From NCBI GenBank assembly GCA_964399055.1, contig CAYNPJ010000001.1:582935-646934 (forward strand): 64,000 nt of DNA, given 5' to 3'. Below are positions 1 to 9,149 of this stretch, piece after piece. Source of the stretch: an uncultured Ignavibacteria bacterium (GTDB lineage: Bacteria > Zixibacteria > MSB-5A5 > DSPP01 > RBG-1). Both the position numbers and the translations under genes were made by a program. The notes under the pieces are model-generated. The model did no database searches. It saw only the letters and a list, made by a program, of their open reading frames with translations, and was not told the origin of the DNA. Position 1 is the stretch's first letter. Each line of letters opens with the position of its first letter.

Positions 1-572
1 GAGAGAGAGTCAAGGATATTTCCATTTTAGCGCACGAATTTCTAAAACAACTACAGGAAAAATATCCGGACCGACAGCCAGCCATCAGTGAGTCAGCCTT
101 GGAATTGATTATCCGCTACCACTGGCCCGGCAATGTGCGGGAGCTGAAGAATTTCATCGAGAGCGGGGTGGCCTTGTCGAGAACCGGAAGAATAGAAGTC
201 GGCACAGTTTCGGATTACATAGAGAAGCAGTCGCAGGGCAACCGCAATTTGCCGGTAGTAACCGGCAGAAGCACAACTGAAGCGGAGCATGACCTGATTT
301 TTCAGGCGCTCTCTAGTTTGAAGGCTGAAATCATCTCTTTGAAAAATCTAATCAAAGAAGGGCTGGAGATGACCGTGGGATACCCGGCCAAAAGCGAACA
401 GGCCTCGGAAACAGGTGTTGAAGTTGCGCAAGAGAGCTTAGAAGATTTGGAAAAGGAGCACATCCGAAAAGTTTTGATCCAGGTAGGAAGAAATCGCCGG
501 AAAGCCGCCAAGATTCTAGGAATAGGAGAGAGGACTCTGTACCGCAAGCTGAAGGAATACAGCTTGAGATAA
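1..572 (+). CDS. sigma-54-dependent transcriptional regulator (NtrC/Fis family), C-terminal part; 5' end outside window
   Basis: Frame is open from the window edge. Motifs DISILAHEFL and HWPGNVRELKN are typical of sigma-54 activator AAA+ domains. C-terminal Fis-type HTH: RNRRKAAKILGIGERTLYRKLKEY. Confidence 0.8.
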   Translation, partial: ERVKDISILAHEFLKQLQEKYPDRQPAISESALELIIRYHWPGNVRELKNFIESGVALSRTGRIEVGTVSDYIEKQSQGNRNLPVVTGRSTTEAEHDLIFQALSSLKAEIISLKNLIKEGLEMTVGYPAKSEQASETGVEVAQESLEDLEKEHIRKVLIQVGRNRRKAAKILGIGERTLYRKLKEYSLR

Positions 573-574
573 GG

Positions 575-2197
575 TTGAAAATGGGGAAGCTGATACTGGC
601 AGGGGTGGTTTTGATTGCCGCAACTGGATTCTGTCAGATAATCTCGCCGGAGATTTATCAGACCGAAGAGGATTTGTTAGAAGCTCTGCAATTAGGCGAA
701 ATCACTTTCGACCAGTATTTAGAGCTGCTGGATTTGATGAGGCAGAAAAATTTGTCAGCCGAGAGTGATTCCGAACTGATTACACAGATTCCGGACCTGG
801 ATTATCTTACCGAGGATTCTGTAGATAATGAAACTGAGCAGAAAATCGCCGAGTTCAGACGTACCTCGCCCGCAAAGCAGACTAAAGCTAAGGTAATTCT
901 GCAGCACCGGCAGAATATCTCCGAACCGAGCCAGCCGGAGACCTACTTCAGAATAGAGGCCGGACAGGGGAAAGACTGGAATCTCTATGTGGAAAGCGAG
1001 AATATGGAGAATCAGAATCGAATTAAAAGGAGGGCTTTGGAGGCAGGCAAGCCTCATAACTGGAACTTGGTCCTGGGGAATTTTCAACCGCGTTTCGGCC
1101 TGGGAGTAAATGTGGGTTACCGCACTTACTTAAATTTTTCCTCGCAAAATTCCCTGGAGACGGAAAATACACTTTTATTCCCTTTCTGGACCAGATATAA
1201 TGGAGTGCTGGCCGGTTATCAAAAGAGGAATAATTCCACGGCAATGTTTTATTCGCAGAATAGATTTGGAGATTACAAAGATCAGGTCTGGGGCGGAGCC
1301 GTAAATCTGCGGAGCAAACACTGGTTAATTTCACCAATCTTTTCTTATCAGGAGATTTCTAAAGGAAAAGATAGATTCCTCAGTCGGGCCGGAAGTCTGT
1401 ACGGAAAATTGTTCTGGGAGTCAGGTGAAATTGCAGCAGAGTATGTCTCAACCGATAGAAAAGAAAGCGGGCTGGTGGTGGAAGCGCTTTGGCAAAATAC
1501 CGATAGAATAAACACCTTTTTTTCATTTTGGAGCTACACCCGGGATTTTCTGCATCCCACTTCCGGGGGGAGAGCGCTGCCGGACTACCGCTTGACGGAG
1601 TTAGGGGATTTGGAGTTATCGCACCGCTCCAGGCAGGCCGGGGAGACCGGAGCATATTTTTCAACCGCGGCAAGGCTAAATCCGCGCACTAAATTAGACT
1701 TTGCCTATCAACAGTGGCAGGATGGAAATAGTTATCTGAACAAGAACAAGCTCAGATTGGGTCTGGCACACTGGTTCAAAAAGAACTTCGAGCTGCGCTT
1801 AAAAGAATACTGGGAGGATGATGACTTGAATGCAAGTTCTCCGGATAAATGGACCACGGTTGTAGTTGGAACTTACATTTTTAAAGGAAATACAAAATTA
1901 CAACTCAGGTTGAACTACCGAGTGAGTGATTCAGAATCGGGAAAGATTAATACGACCTGGGATGAGGTGATTTTTTACTTTCCGATTGCGGGAAAACTGT
2001 CCAGCAAGGTCAGACTGCGCTATCGAGATGATGACATTGCAACGGGAAGAAATTCCAGCTGGAGTTTCTACTTGAGTGAAAATTTCTGGCTGGCTGAAAA
2101 CCTGTTGCTTCTGGCGGAATTTGTCTCCAAGGAGTATCAGGATTTGGACAGAGAAGACTTACAGGTTGTAAGAGTGAGGCTGGAGTGGAGTTTATGA
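575..2197 (+). CDS. hypothetical secreted/outer-membrane protein
   Basis: 540-aa ORF with an N-terminal signal-like hydrophobic segment and aromatic-rich alternating strands. No recognisable catalytic motif. Confidence 0.4.
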   Translation: MKMGKLILAGVVLIAATGFCQIISPEIYQTEEDLLEALQLGEITFDQYLELLDLMRQKNLSAESDSELITQIPDLDYLTEDSVDNETEQKIAEFRRTSPAKQTKAKVILQHRQNISEPSQPETYFRIEAGQGKDWNLYVESENMENQNRIKRRALEAGKPHNWNLVLGNFQPRFGLGVNVGYRTYLNFSSQNSLETENTLLFPFWTRYNGVLAGYQKRNNSTAMFYSQNRFGDYKDQVWGGAVNLRSKHWLISPIFSYQEISKGKDRFLSRAGSLYGKLFWESGEIAAEYVSTDRKESGLVVEALWQNTDRINTFFSFWSYTRDFLHPTSGGRALPDYRLTELGDLELSHRSRQAGETGAYFSTAARLNPRTKLDFAYQQWQDGNSYLNKNKLRLGLAHWFKKNFELRLKEYWEDDDLNASSPDKWTTVVVGTYIFKGNTKLQLRLNYRVSDSESGKINTTWDEVIFYFPIAGKLSSKVRLRYRDDDIATGRNSSWSFYLSENFWLAENLLLLAEFVSKEYQDLDREDLQVVRVRLEWSL

Positions 2198-3885
2198 GAT
2201 TGGTGAACTTGTTAATGGCTGTTTTTGTGGCCTTGAGCCCTGCACTTTCACAAGCTCAGGTTGTTATCAATGAAGTATTGGCCAATGAACCGGGGAGTGG
2301 TACTTCTTTAGAGTGGGTGGAATTGTTTAACTCTGATTCGATTTCAGTCAATCTGGCTAACTGGAAATTCGCGGAAGGAGGAGATACAACCGTTTTCTCC
2401 GACCAGATTGTCATGCCGCCCAATGGATATTTGATTTTAGTGCGGAAGTTGGTCTCAATTCCGCCGGATGTAAACAGCTTCGAAGGGAAATGGGGGGATG
2501 GGAGCGGAGTCTGGGGAGATGCGCCATCTGAGAGTTTTCCGGCAATAGAAGCTAAGATGAGTCTAACTAATTCAGCAGGGACGGTTACTCTAATCTCGCC
2601 GATTGACTCTGTTCAGAATTTTAACTGGAATAGGGATGCTGGGGACGGGATTTCATGGGAAAAGATGGACCCTTTGGCCGGGGACGACAGCACTAACTGG
2701 AAGATCTGTGCATTATCTCAGGGCAGTACTCCCGGAAATATTAATTCTGTCACTCCGGCGGAGAATGATTTGACCATAGTAGAATTTTACAGCGAGCCGG
2801 ATAATCCGGAGGAGAATGCGGTCTTCGACCTCAAGCTGGATATTCAAAACCTGGGCCTATCAACTTCTCCGGCCAATAGCCTGACCATCTTCGATGACCT
2901 GAATTTTAACCAGATTATGGAAAGGGAGGAGGAGCTTTCCGCGGGGAGTATCCCTCAATTAGGTGTTACAGAAGTTTTTACCTTCACTGCAGCAGCAATA
3001 CTCACAGGAGGAAATCACCGATTAGTAGCCGGTTTAGATACCGATGACAAAATCTACAACAACCAGAAGTCGCTGGATTTAAGGGTGGGAGAATTTCTGA
3101 CAGACATAATCATCAATGAGATTATGGCTGCGCCGGATTTAAATCAGAATCAACCGGAATGGATGGAGCTGTACAACCGGAGCGAGCAGACGGTTAATTT
3201 GAAAAACCTGCAGTTGGGTGATGATAAAAAGCAGAGTATCATTACCGCAGAGGATATGTTCTTAGAGCCAGGGCGATTTCTTATTGCCACAGAAGACCGG
3301 AATGATTTCTTACATGCCTACCCAAGTTTCACCGGGCAATTAGTACAAATTGAAGGCTGGCAGACTTTAGATAACAGCGGGGATACGGTGATTCTGAAAG
3401 ATTCGCTCGGATTCGTGATGGAAAAAGTTGCTTATCCCTCCCAGAGTCTGAAGGGAGTCTCCTGGGAGAGGATTGATTACGAAAAAAGCTCATCTGAGCC
3501 GGACAACTGGTGGAGGAGCGTGGATTCAAGCGGCTCTACGCCTGGCAAACAGAACTCGGTGCAGGCGACTTTTACGTCCGGCATCGGGGTCAAAATAGAG
3601 CCAAACCCTTTTTCACCGGACGAAGACGGTTTTGACGACCTGACCGAAATCGAGTTCACCATTCCACTCGGAGTTGACCTGACCATGAAAATCTACGACC
3701 GAAGAGGTAGGCTGGTCAGAACTTTATTGGATAACGAGCCAAAGGTCTCCGGGAAAATCAGCTGGGATGGCAAGAATAATGACAGGAACAAGGTCAGAAG
3801 CGGAGTGTATGTTCTGTTCATTGAAGCTAAGGGAGAGGTCAGGGAAGTCAAGAAGGCGGCCATAGCAGTGACCAAGGGGAAATGA
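2185..3885 (+). CDS. lamin-tail-domain (LTD) protein with T9SS-type C-terminal sorting domain
   Basis: Signal peptide. Two LTD-like motifs: VINEVLANEPGSGTSLEWVELFN and IINEIMAAP...EWMELYN. C-terminus NPFSPDEDGFDDLTEIEFTIP...GVYVLFIEAKGEV resembles a Por secretion tail (T9SS CTD). Confidence 0.6.
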   Translation: MEFMRLVNLLMAVFVALSPALSQAQVVINEVLANEPGSGTSLEWVELFNSDSISVNLANWKFAEGGDTTVFSDQIVMPPNGYLILVRKLVSIPPDVNSFEGKWGDGSGVWGDAPSESFPAIEAKMSLTNSAGTVTLISPIDSVQNFNWNRDAGDGISWEKMDPLAGDDSTNWKICALSQGSTPGNINSVTPAENDLTIVEFYSEPDNPEENAVFDLKLDIQNLGLSTSPANSLTIFDDLNFNQIMEREEELSAGSIPQLGVTEVFTFTAAAILTGGNHRLVAGLDTDDKIYNNQKSLDLRVGEFLTDIIINEIMAAPDLNQNQPEWMELYNRSEQTVNLKNLQLGDDKKQSIITAEDMFLEPGRFLIATEDRNDFLHAYPSFTGQLVQIEGWQTLDNSGDTVILKDSLGFVMEKVAYPSQSLKGVSWERIDYEKSSSEPDNWWRSVDSSGSTPGKQNSVQATFTSGIGVKIEPNPFSPDEDGFDDLTEIEFTIPLGVDLTMKIYDRRGRLVRTLLDNEPKVSGKISWDGKNNDRNKVRSGVYVLFIEAKGEVREVKKAAIAVTKGK

Positions 3886-4676
3886 AGAAATTATTGTCAG
3901 TTATGCTAATCAGCAAGTGCTGCTGGGGAGCTTTTGAAATCACCGGAATAGATGCGCGAAGTTCGGCTTTAGGAAATTCGAGCTACGCGCTGTCAAAGGG
4001 CGTAGTGAGCAGTTTTCTGAATCCAGCAGGATTAGCAAAATTAGAAAAACCTGAGTTCTATTTGAGCTACAGTAATCAATTCAGCCTGGCTGAATTCTCG
4101 CAGGAGTGCATAGGGTTTGGCTTCAGCTATCGAAAAATAGGCATGGGTGTAGGATTTGAGAATTTCGGAAAAAGTGATTTTTATCAAGAGCAGAGAGTGA
4201 ATTTTTCAGCCGGGGCGCAAGTTATACCGAAATTAAATTTAGGGGTTGGCACGAGTTACTTAATGTTGAGAGCAGAAGGATACCCGACCCAAGATGCGGC
4301 CACGTTTGCTTTGGGTTTTCAATGGCAGAAGGGGAAATTTGAAATGGGTGGAGTGGTCAAAAACATCAATCAGCCAAAGGTAAGCGGGGATGAGGTCTTG
4401 AGAAATTATAATTTGGGAATACTTTACAAGGCACTGCCAGAGGTTAACTTAATGGTGGGATTATTTTATGACGCTGAGTTTGAGGAGCAGTTGCAGTTGG
4501 GACAGGAGATAAATGTTTCGCAGAACTTAGCCCTGCGGGCCGGATTTCAGACCGAGCCGAATCGCTATTCCTTTGGTGCGGAATTTTCCTGGAGCAGAAT
4601 TGAAATTGATTATGCTTATGTGAATCATCCGGAGTTGGGAGGGAGTCATAACGTAAGCATGAGCCTGAAGCTCTAA
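3882..4676 (+). CDS. putative PorP/SprF-family outer-membrane beta-barrel (T9SS cargo partner)
   Basis: 264 aa with a signal peptide and beta-barrel-like alternating pattern. Immediately downstream of, and coupled with, a T9SS-CTD cargo gene, as is typical for PorP/SprF pairs. Confidence 0.4.
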   Translation: MKKLLSVMLISKCCWGAFEITGIDARSSALGNSSYALSKGVVSSFLNPAGLAKLEKPEFYLSYSNQFSLAEFSQECIGFGFSYRKIGMGVGFENFGKSDFYQEQRVNFSAGAQVIPKLNLGVGTSYLMLRAEGYPTQDAATFALGFQWQKGKFEMGGVVKNINQPKVSGDEVLRNYNLGILYKALPEVNLMVGLFYDAEFEEQLQLGQEINVSQNLALRAGFQTEPNRYSFGAEFSWSRIEIDYAYVNHPELGGSHNVSMSLKL

Positions 4677-4710
4677 AGTTACAAGGTAGAACACGTTCGT
4701 ATAAAGATAT

Positions 4711-5871
4711 ATGACTGAAATCTACTTAAGAAGAGAGTCAGAGGAGCTAGAAGAAAAAATCTTAGCCCCCTACGCCACCAAGAGCAAGGACTCCCGCGGC
4801 AGAGTCCATCCGGAAGAGGAGCACCCCTATCGCACCTGCTTCCAGCGCGACCGGGACCGCATTATTCACTCCACTGCTTTCCGCCGATTAGAGTACAAGA
4901 CCCAGGTCTTTGTCAACCACGAAGGGGACCACTTCCGCACCCGCTTGACTCATACGATTGAAGTGACCCAGATCGCCCGCTCGATTGCCAGGGCCCTACG
5001 TCTGAATGAAGATTTAGCCGAAGCAGTGGCTTTAGCCCATGACTTAGGACATACCCCGTTCGGTCACGCGGGAGAAGAGGCCCTGCATGAAATTATGAAG
5101 GATAACGGAGGATTTGAGCATAATCGCCAGTCACTGCGGGTGGTTGACTACTTGGAAGAAAAATATCCGGAATTTCCCGGATTGAATTTGACCTATGAAG
5201 TCCGTGAGGGGATTGTGAAACATGAGACCGACTGGGATAAGCCCTTTCCTGAGGGATTTAATCCTGAGGAAAAGCCGGTCCTGGAAGCGCAAATTGTCAA
5301 CTTGGCCGATGAAATTGCCTATAACTGTCATGACATCGATGACGGGCTCTATTCTAAGGTTTTAAGCCAGCAGATGTTAGAAGAGGTGGAGCTGTGGATG
5401 ATTCTGTATAAAAAATTAAAAGAGAAATACACCAACCTGAGCGGGGCCAAAGTGAGGCACTTCATGGTGCGGCAGATGATAAATTGGGAAGTCTCGGATT
5501 TGCTGCAGACGACCGGACAGAAGTTAAAGGAGTTGGGAATCAACGCTATCGAAGATGTCCGCAGAGCTAAAGAACAGATTATCACATTTTCTCCTGGACT
5601 ACAGAAGCTGAATTCCGAATTGAAGAGCTTTCTGTTCCAGCATATGTATAAGCATTTCCGGATGGTGAGGATGGCAGATAAGGCCAGAAGAATTCTGACT
5701 GATTTGTTTGAAGCTTATTTGGAGAATCCGGAGCAGCTGCCCGGCTCGACCCGTGAAAAATTGAAAACGGAAGATAAAATGCGGGTGGTGTGCGACTATA
5801 TTGCCGGGATGACTGATAGGTTTGCCCAGCAGGAGTATAAGAAGCTGTTTGACCCGTTTGAGAAGGTATAG
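4711..5871 (+). CDS. dgt: dGTPase-like HD-domain deoxynucleoside triphosphate triphosphohydrolase
   Basis: HD motif HTIEVTQIARSIARAL...AHDLGHTPFGHAGEE. Length and architecture are typical of dGTP triphosphohydrolase-like proteins. Confidence 0.85.
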   Translation: MTEIYLRRESEELEEKILAPYATKSKDSRGRVHPEEEHPYRTCFQRDRDRIIHSTAFRRLEYKTQVFVNHEGDHFRTRLTHTIEVTQIARSIARALRLNEDLAEAVALAHDLGHTPFGHAGEEALHEIMKDNGGFEHNRQSLRVVDYLEEKYPEFPGLNLTYEVREGIVKHETDWDKPFPEGFNPEEKPVLEAQIVNLADEIAYNCHDIDDGLYSKVLSQQMLEEVELWMILYKKLKEKYTNLSGAKVRHFMVRQMINWEVSDLLQTTGQKLKELGINAIEDVRRAKEQIITFSPGLQKLNSELKSFLFQHMYKHFRMVRMADKARRILTDLFEAYLENPEQLPGSTREKLKTEDKMRVVCDYIAGMTDRFAQQEYKKLFDPFEKV

Positions 5872-5889
5872 TCTGATAATTTTTAGCTT

Positions 5890-6446
5890 GTAGACCCAGC
5901 TTGCCCCAAGCTGGGACAGAATAAAATGGTCAGATTAAGAAGATATAATGTGGAAAATTTAGCTTATCTAATAACTACTTCTGCTTTTCTGAATAGACCT
6001 TCGCTTTTGACAAACCAGAGAGCAGAAACAGTAGCGGATTACATCTATCGTGCCCGGCCTGACTTGATTCAATACCTTTTGGCATTTGCCATAATGCCCA
6101 GTCACATGCATATACTTTTTGTTCCCCAACCCGGAGTTACTATCTCAGGGGTTCTTCACTATATTAAAAGAGGCAGTGCCAGAGTAATTCAGGCACAAGA
6201 AAAGACAACCGGCCGGTTGTGGACCAGGAGATTTCACGACCAGGGCATCAGGACTGAGGAGCAGTTGAGAGAGTCGATTGAGTACATTCACAATAATCCG
6301 GTTAAAGCGGGGATGGTAAAGGAGGCGGAGGAGTATTTATGGTCGTCGGCGAATTCGAGGTGGAAGACGGATGTGGATTTGTATTTGGTCCCACGTTGAG
6401 GGTTCGACTCAGGCTCACCCTAAAAGGCAACGTGGGTCTACGAGCT
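5890..6446 (+). mobile_element. RAYT/IS200-like element copy 1 (left hairpin, tnpA, right hairpin)
   Basis: Left end GTAGACCCAGCTTG-CCCC-CAAGCTGGG hairpin (5890-5915). Right hairpin CCCACGTTG...CAACGTGGG-TCTACGAGCT (6390-6446). The GTAGACCCA / TGGGTCTAC termini are inverted repeats. Confidence 0.65.
5926..6399 (+). CDS. tnpA: REP-associated tyrosine transposase (IS200/IS605-like HuH TnpA)
   Basis: 157 aa. HuH motif HMHILF, C-terminal catalytic Tyr region EYIHNNPVKAG, IS200-like size. Identical to the copy at 8458-8931. Confidence 0.75.
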   Translation: MVRLRRYNVENLAYLITTSAFLNRPSLLTNQRAETVADYIYRARPDLIQYLLAFAIMPSHMHILFVPQPGVTISGVLHYIKRGSARVIQAQEKTTGRLWTRRFHDQGIRTEEQLRESIEYIHNNPVKAGMVKEAEEYLWSSANSRWKTDVDLYLVPR

Positions 6447-7349
6447 AATCCGTATTCTTATGTGAGGAATAATCCTTTGAACTACACAGACCCCAGTGGG
6501 ATGGACCCGATAGGTCTTTTCAAAGGTAGTGGTTTTCCTAGAGGAGGAATTGGAAAACCCGGTATACGCAATTTTGCAGGGCCGGAAGGGGGCACAGAAG
6601 GGGGAGGAAAATCTGTACCTTTTGGGAAATTATTCCCGGTGGCCGCAAGCAGGGGTCCTGAGGCTGCTTTTAATTATCTCGTCGGGAAAGGGATGATAAT
6701 ACATGACATGGGACCGCTAATCCTAGGTCCTAATCTGGGACCATCACGGCACGACCCATTTGATCTTTGGATGAAGATGGCCAATCAAGCTGCGGTTATA
6801 AATGATGCTAATAGGCGACAGTTAATGATTGAAGGAAACCTTCATTATTTGATGCAAGATGCTATAGATTACGCTAATAATCATCCCGAAGCTACTGAAG
6901 CAGAGATACAAGATTGGGTCAAGCAAGCAGCTCGAGCTACTGGTATACCTGAGCAAGTTGCTCTATCGGTACTCTACACGGAAAACAGAATAGGTATAGA
7001 TGATATTAAAAAAGGTGAGGATGCTAATAAGGTCAATCTGATGCAGATAGAAGACGGTCCGGGAATGGCAGGAACAGGAGAATATTTCGGTTTAAATCTA
7101 GCAGACGAAAGCGCTGTTCCTTGGCGGACTAATTGGGGCGCCAATATAGTGGCGGGTATGGCTTATTACGCACACCTGTATTATGATTACGCAATTACCC
7201 GTTATGGTTTTGAGCCAGGCTCTAGGCAGGCTTATCAGTCTGCCTATTCTATGTACAATGGTGGCCCAAAAGCTTGGTATCGATTCTTATTTATGATGGA
7301 TAAACGCGACCAGAATTTTCAAAACGAGCTAAACTATTGGGGTTTTTAA
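6339..7349 (+). CDS. orphan RHS C-terminal toxin module (RHS core end plus lysozyme/SLT-like tip), 5' truncated at the transposon boundary
   Basis: Homology begins exactly at the element end (6444) with ANPYSYVRNNPLNYTDPSGM, the conserved end of the RHS repeat-associated core (DPxG autoproteolysis motif). The tip carries SLT/lytic-transglycosylase-like motifs (NLMQIEDGPG, YSMYNGGPKAW). No RHS/YD repeats upstream. Confidence 0.55.
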   Translation: MVVGEFEVEDGCGFVFGPTLRVRLRLTLKGNVGLRANPYSYVRNNPLNYTDPSGMDPIGLFKGSGFPRGGIGKPGIRNFAGPEGGTEGGGKSVPFGKLFPVAASRGPEAAFNYLVGKGMIIHDMGPLILGPNLGPSRHDPFDLWMKMANQAAVINDANRRQLMIEGNLHYLMQDAIDYANNHPEATEAEIQDWVKQAARATGIPEQVALSVLYTENRIGIDDIKKGEDANKVNLMQIEDGPGMAGTGEYFGLNLADESAVPWRTNWGANIVAGMAYYAHLYYDYAITRYGFEPGSRQAYQSAYSMYNGGPKAWYRFLFMMDKRDQNFQNELNYWGF

Positions 7350-7411
7350 TACGCTCACTACCATTTTTGCACTAAGTCACAAACCAAAGAGTAGAAAGGA
7401 GGATAAAGACG

Positions 7412-8140
7412 ATGAGAATCAAATACGTAATCACTTTGTTAACTTTAATCTCTATTTTAACTGGGCAGAGCAATTCGAATAAAGCAGCTAAACCGGAGAG
7501 GGGAGAATTATACACTATCATTGGTCAGCTCTATGGTTATAGAGAAAGCCCAATTATAAAACCGGGAGTAGTTATGTGCTATGATTCAATGGATTGGGAC
7601 ATAAGAGACACCATTAATGCCCCAGGTGATTGGAAGGGAGAGAAATATGAGGTGAGGGAATATAGGTGGAAGGATTCGAGTTTTGTCTTTGAACGCAGAT
7701 ATTACACGAATGAAACCGGCAAGAAGCAGATCCATCGAGAGGATTATGATTATTCAAGAACCAGAAATTTAGAACTACCAGAGGTATTTTTTCAAATTCC
7801 ACAGATGGCCTTCATTGCAGGGATGAGGACGACAAAAGCTTATGCAGAAGGGGACTTCAATTCTGATGGAAGAAAAGACTTAGTAATCGTAATGGGAGAT
7901 ACTACGAGAGCAAAATATCCGAAATTTATAGACTACTATTTAGAGATTTGGGAGCAGAAAAATGATGGTGGATTCTCCAGAAAATTCCGTTACGATTTTA
8001 GCGATATTGATGTTGGAAAAGTAACGATACAAGATGCCACAGGTGATGGGAGACCAGAGGTTATACTTTGGACATTTAGTGGTGGTGCCAGTGGTTGGAC
8101 TGAGTTTGTGGATATTTTTTCAAGAGTAAAGGATAAATAA
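7412..8140 (+). CDS. secreted FG-GAP-like protein, candidate immunity protein for the upstream RHS-CT
   Basis: Signal peptide MRIKYVITLLTLISILTG. FG-GAP-like motifs GDFNSDGRKDLVIV and DATGDGRPEVILW. Sits directly downstream of a periplasm-acting toxin tip. Confidence 0.4.
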   Translation: MRIKYVITLLTLISILTGQSNSNKAAKPERGELYTIIGQLYGYRESPIIKPGVVMCYDSMDWDIRDTINAPGDWKGEKYEVREYRWKDSSFVFERRYYTNETGKKQIHREDYDYSRTRNLELPEVFFQIPQMAFIAGMRTTKAYAEGDFNSDGRKDLVIVMGDTTRAKYPKFIDYYLEIWEQKNDGGFSRKFRYDFSDIDVGKVTIQDATGDGRPEVILWTFSGGASGWTEFVDIFSRVKDK

Positions 8141-8421
8141 GCAGTTTCCTTAAAAATGAGGAGGATACTATCCTAAGCACTGGAGTAGAGAAGTATCGCT
8201 TTTTTGCTTTCTGCGTTGGGATTCTTGTTTACATATCTTTTTTACCAGATTCAGGCCTTGCTCAGATACCCCAGATTCAGGAAAACCAAATTATAAATGA
8301 CCCAGCTATAATCCCTCAAGGGGAATTCATTCTGGATACCACCATTAAGATTCCTCAACTCTCCTTCCGTAACGCCGACCTCCGCGATATCTTCGACGCT
8401 TTAGCCAAAACCTACAAGCTT
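8138..8421 (+). pseudogene. 5' fragment of an STN/secretin-N-domain protein, paralog of 34625-35506, truncated by the RAYT element
   Basis: Translates to ...IPQLSFRNADLRDIFDALAKTYK, near-identical to IPQLSFRNADIRDIFDALAKTYN in the 34625 gene. No ATG. The frame runs in-frame into tnpA copy 2. Confidence 0.5.
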
Positions 8422-8978
8422 GTAGACCCAGCTTGCCCCAAGCTGGGACAGAATAAAATGGTCAGATTAAGAAGATATAATGTGGAAAATTTAGCTTATC
8501 TAATAACTACTTCTGCTTTTCTGAATAGACCTTCGCTTTTGACAAACCAGAGAGCAGAAACAGTAGCGGATTACATCTATCGTGCCCGGCCTGACTTGAT
8601 TCAATACCTTTTGGCATTTGCCATAATGCCCAGTCACATGCATATACTTTTTGTTCCCCAACCCGGAGTTACTATCTCAGGGGTTCTTCACTATATTAAA
8701 AGAGGCAGTGCCAGAGTAATTCAGGCACAAGAAAAGACAACCGGCCGGTTGTGGACCAGGAGATTTCACGACCAGGGCATCAGGACTGAGGAGCAGTTGA
8801 GAGAGTCGATTGAGTACATTCACAATAATCCGGTTAAAGCGGGGATGGTAAAGGAGGCGGAGGAGTATTTATGGTCGTCGGCGAATTCGAGGTGGAAGAC
8901 GGATGTGGATTTGTATTTGGTCCCACGTTGAGGGTTCGACTCAGGCTCACCCTAAAAGGCAACGTGGGTCTACGAGCT
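8422..8978 (+). mobile_element. RAYT/IS200-like element copy 2 (identical to copy 1)
   Basis: Identical left hairpin (8427-8447), tnpA, and right hairpin with the same 29-nt loop insertion; ends in GGGTCTACGAGCT. Confidence 0.65.
8458..8931 (+). CDS. tnpA: REP-associated tyrosine transposase (identical copy 2)
   Basis: Protein is 100% identical to the 5926-6399 product. Confidence 0.75.
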   Translation: MVRLRRYNVENLAYLITTSAFLNRPSLLTNQRAETVADYIYRARPDLIQYLLAFAIMPSHMHILFVPQPGVTISGVLHYIKRGSARVIQAQEKTTGRLWTRRFHDQGIRTEEQLRESIEYIHNNPVKAGMVKEAEEYLWSSANSRWKTDVDLYLVPR

Positions 8979-9149
8979 TACCGGAGTAGGAATGGGGTTA
9001 AGTGCGCCAACATATATAGATTGGATTAATGATAATATTATGCCAATAATTAATGAATATTGTCCAGCATGCGGAGTTTATCCCATGGGTCCTTAGGTCG
9101 TTATTGTTTGTGGATGTCAAGCAGTGAAAAGAGAATCTAAAGGAAAATC

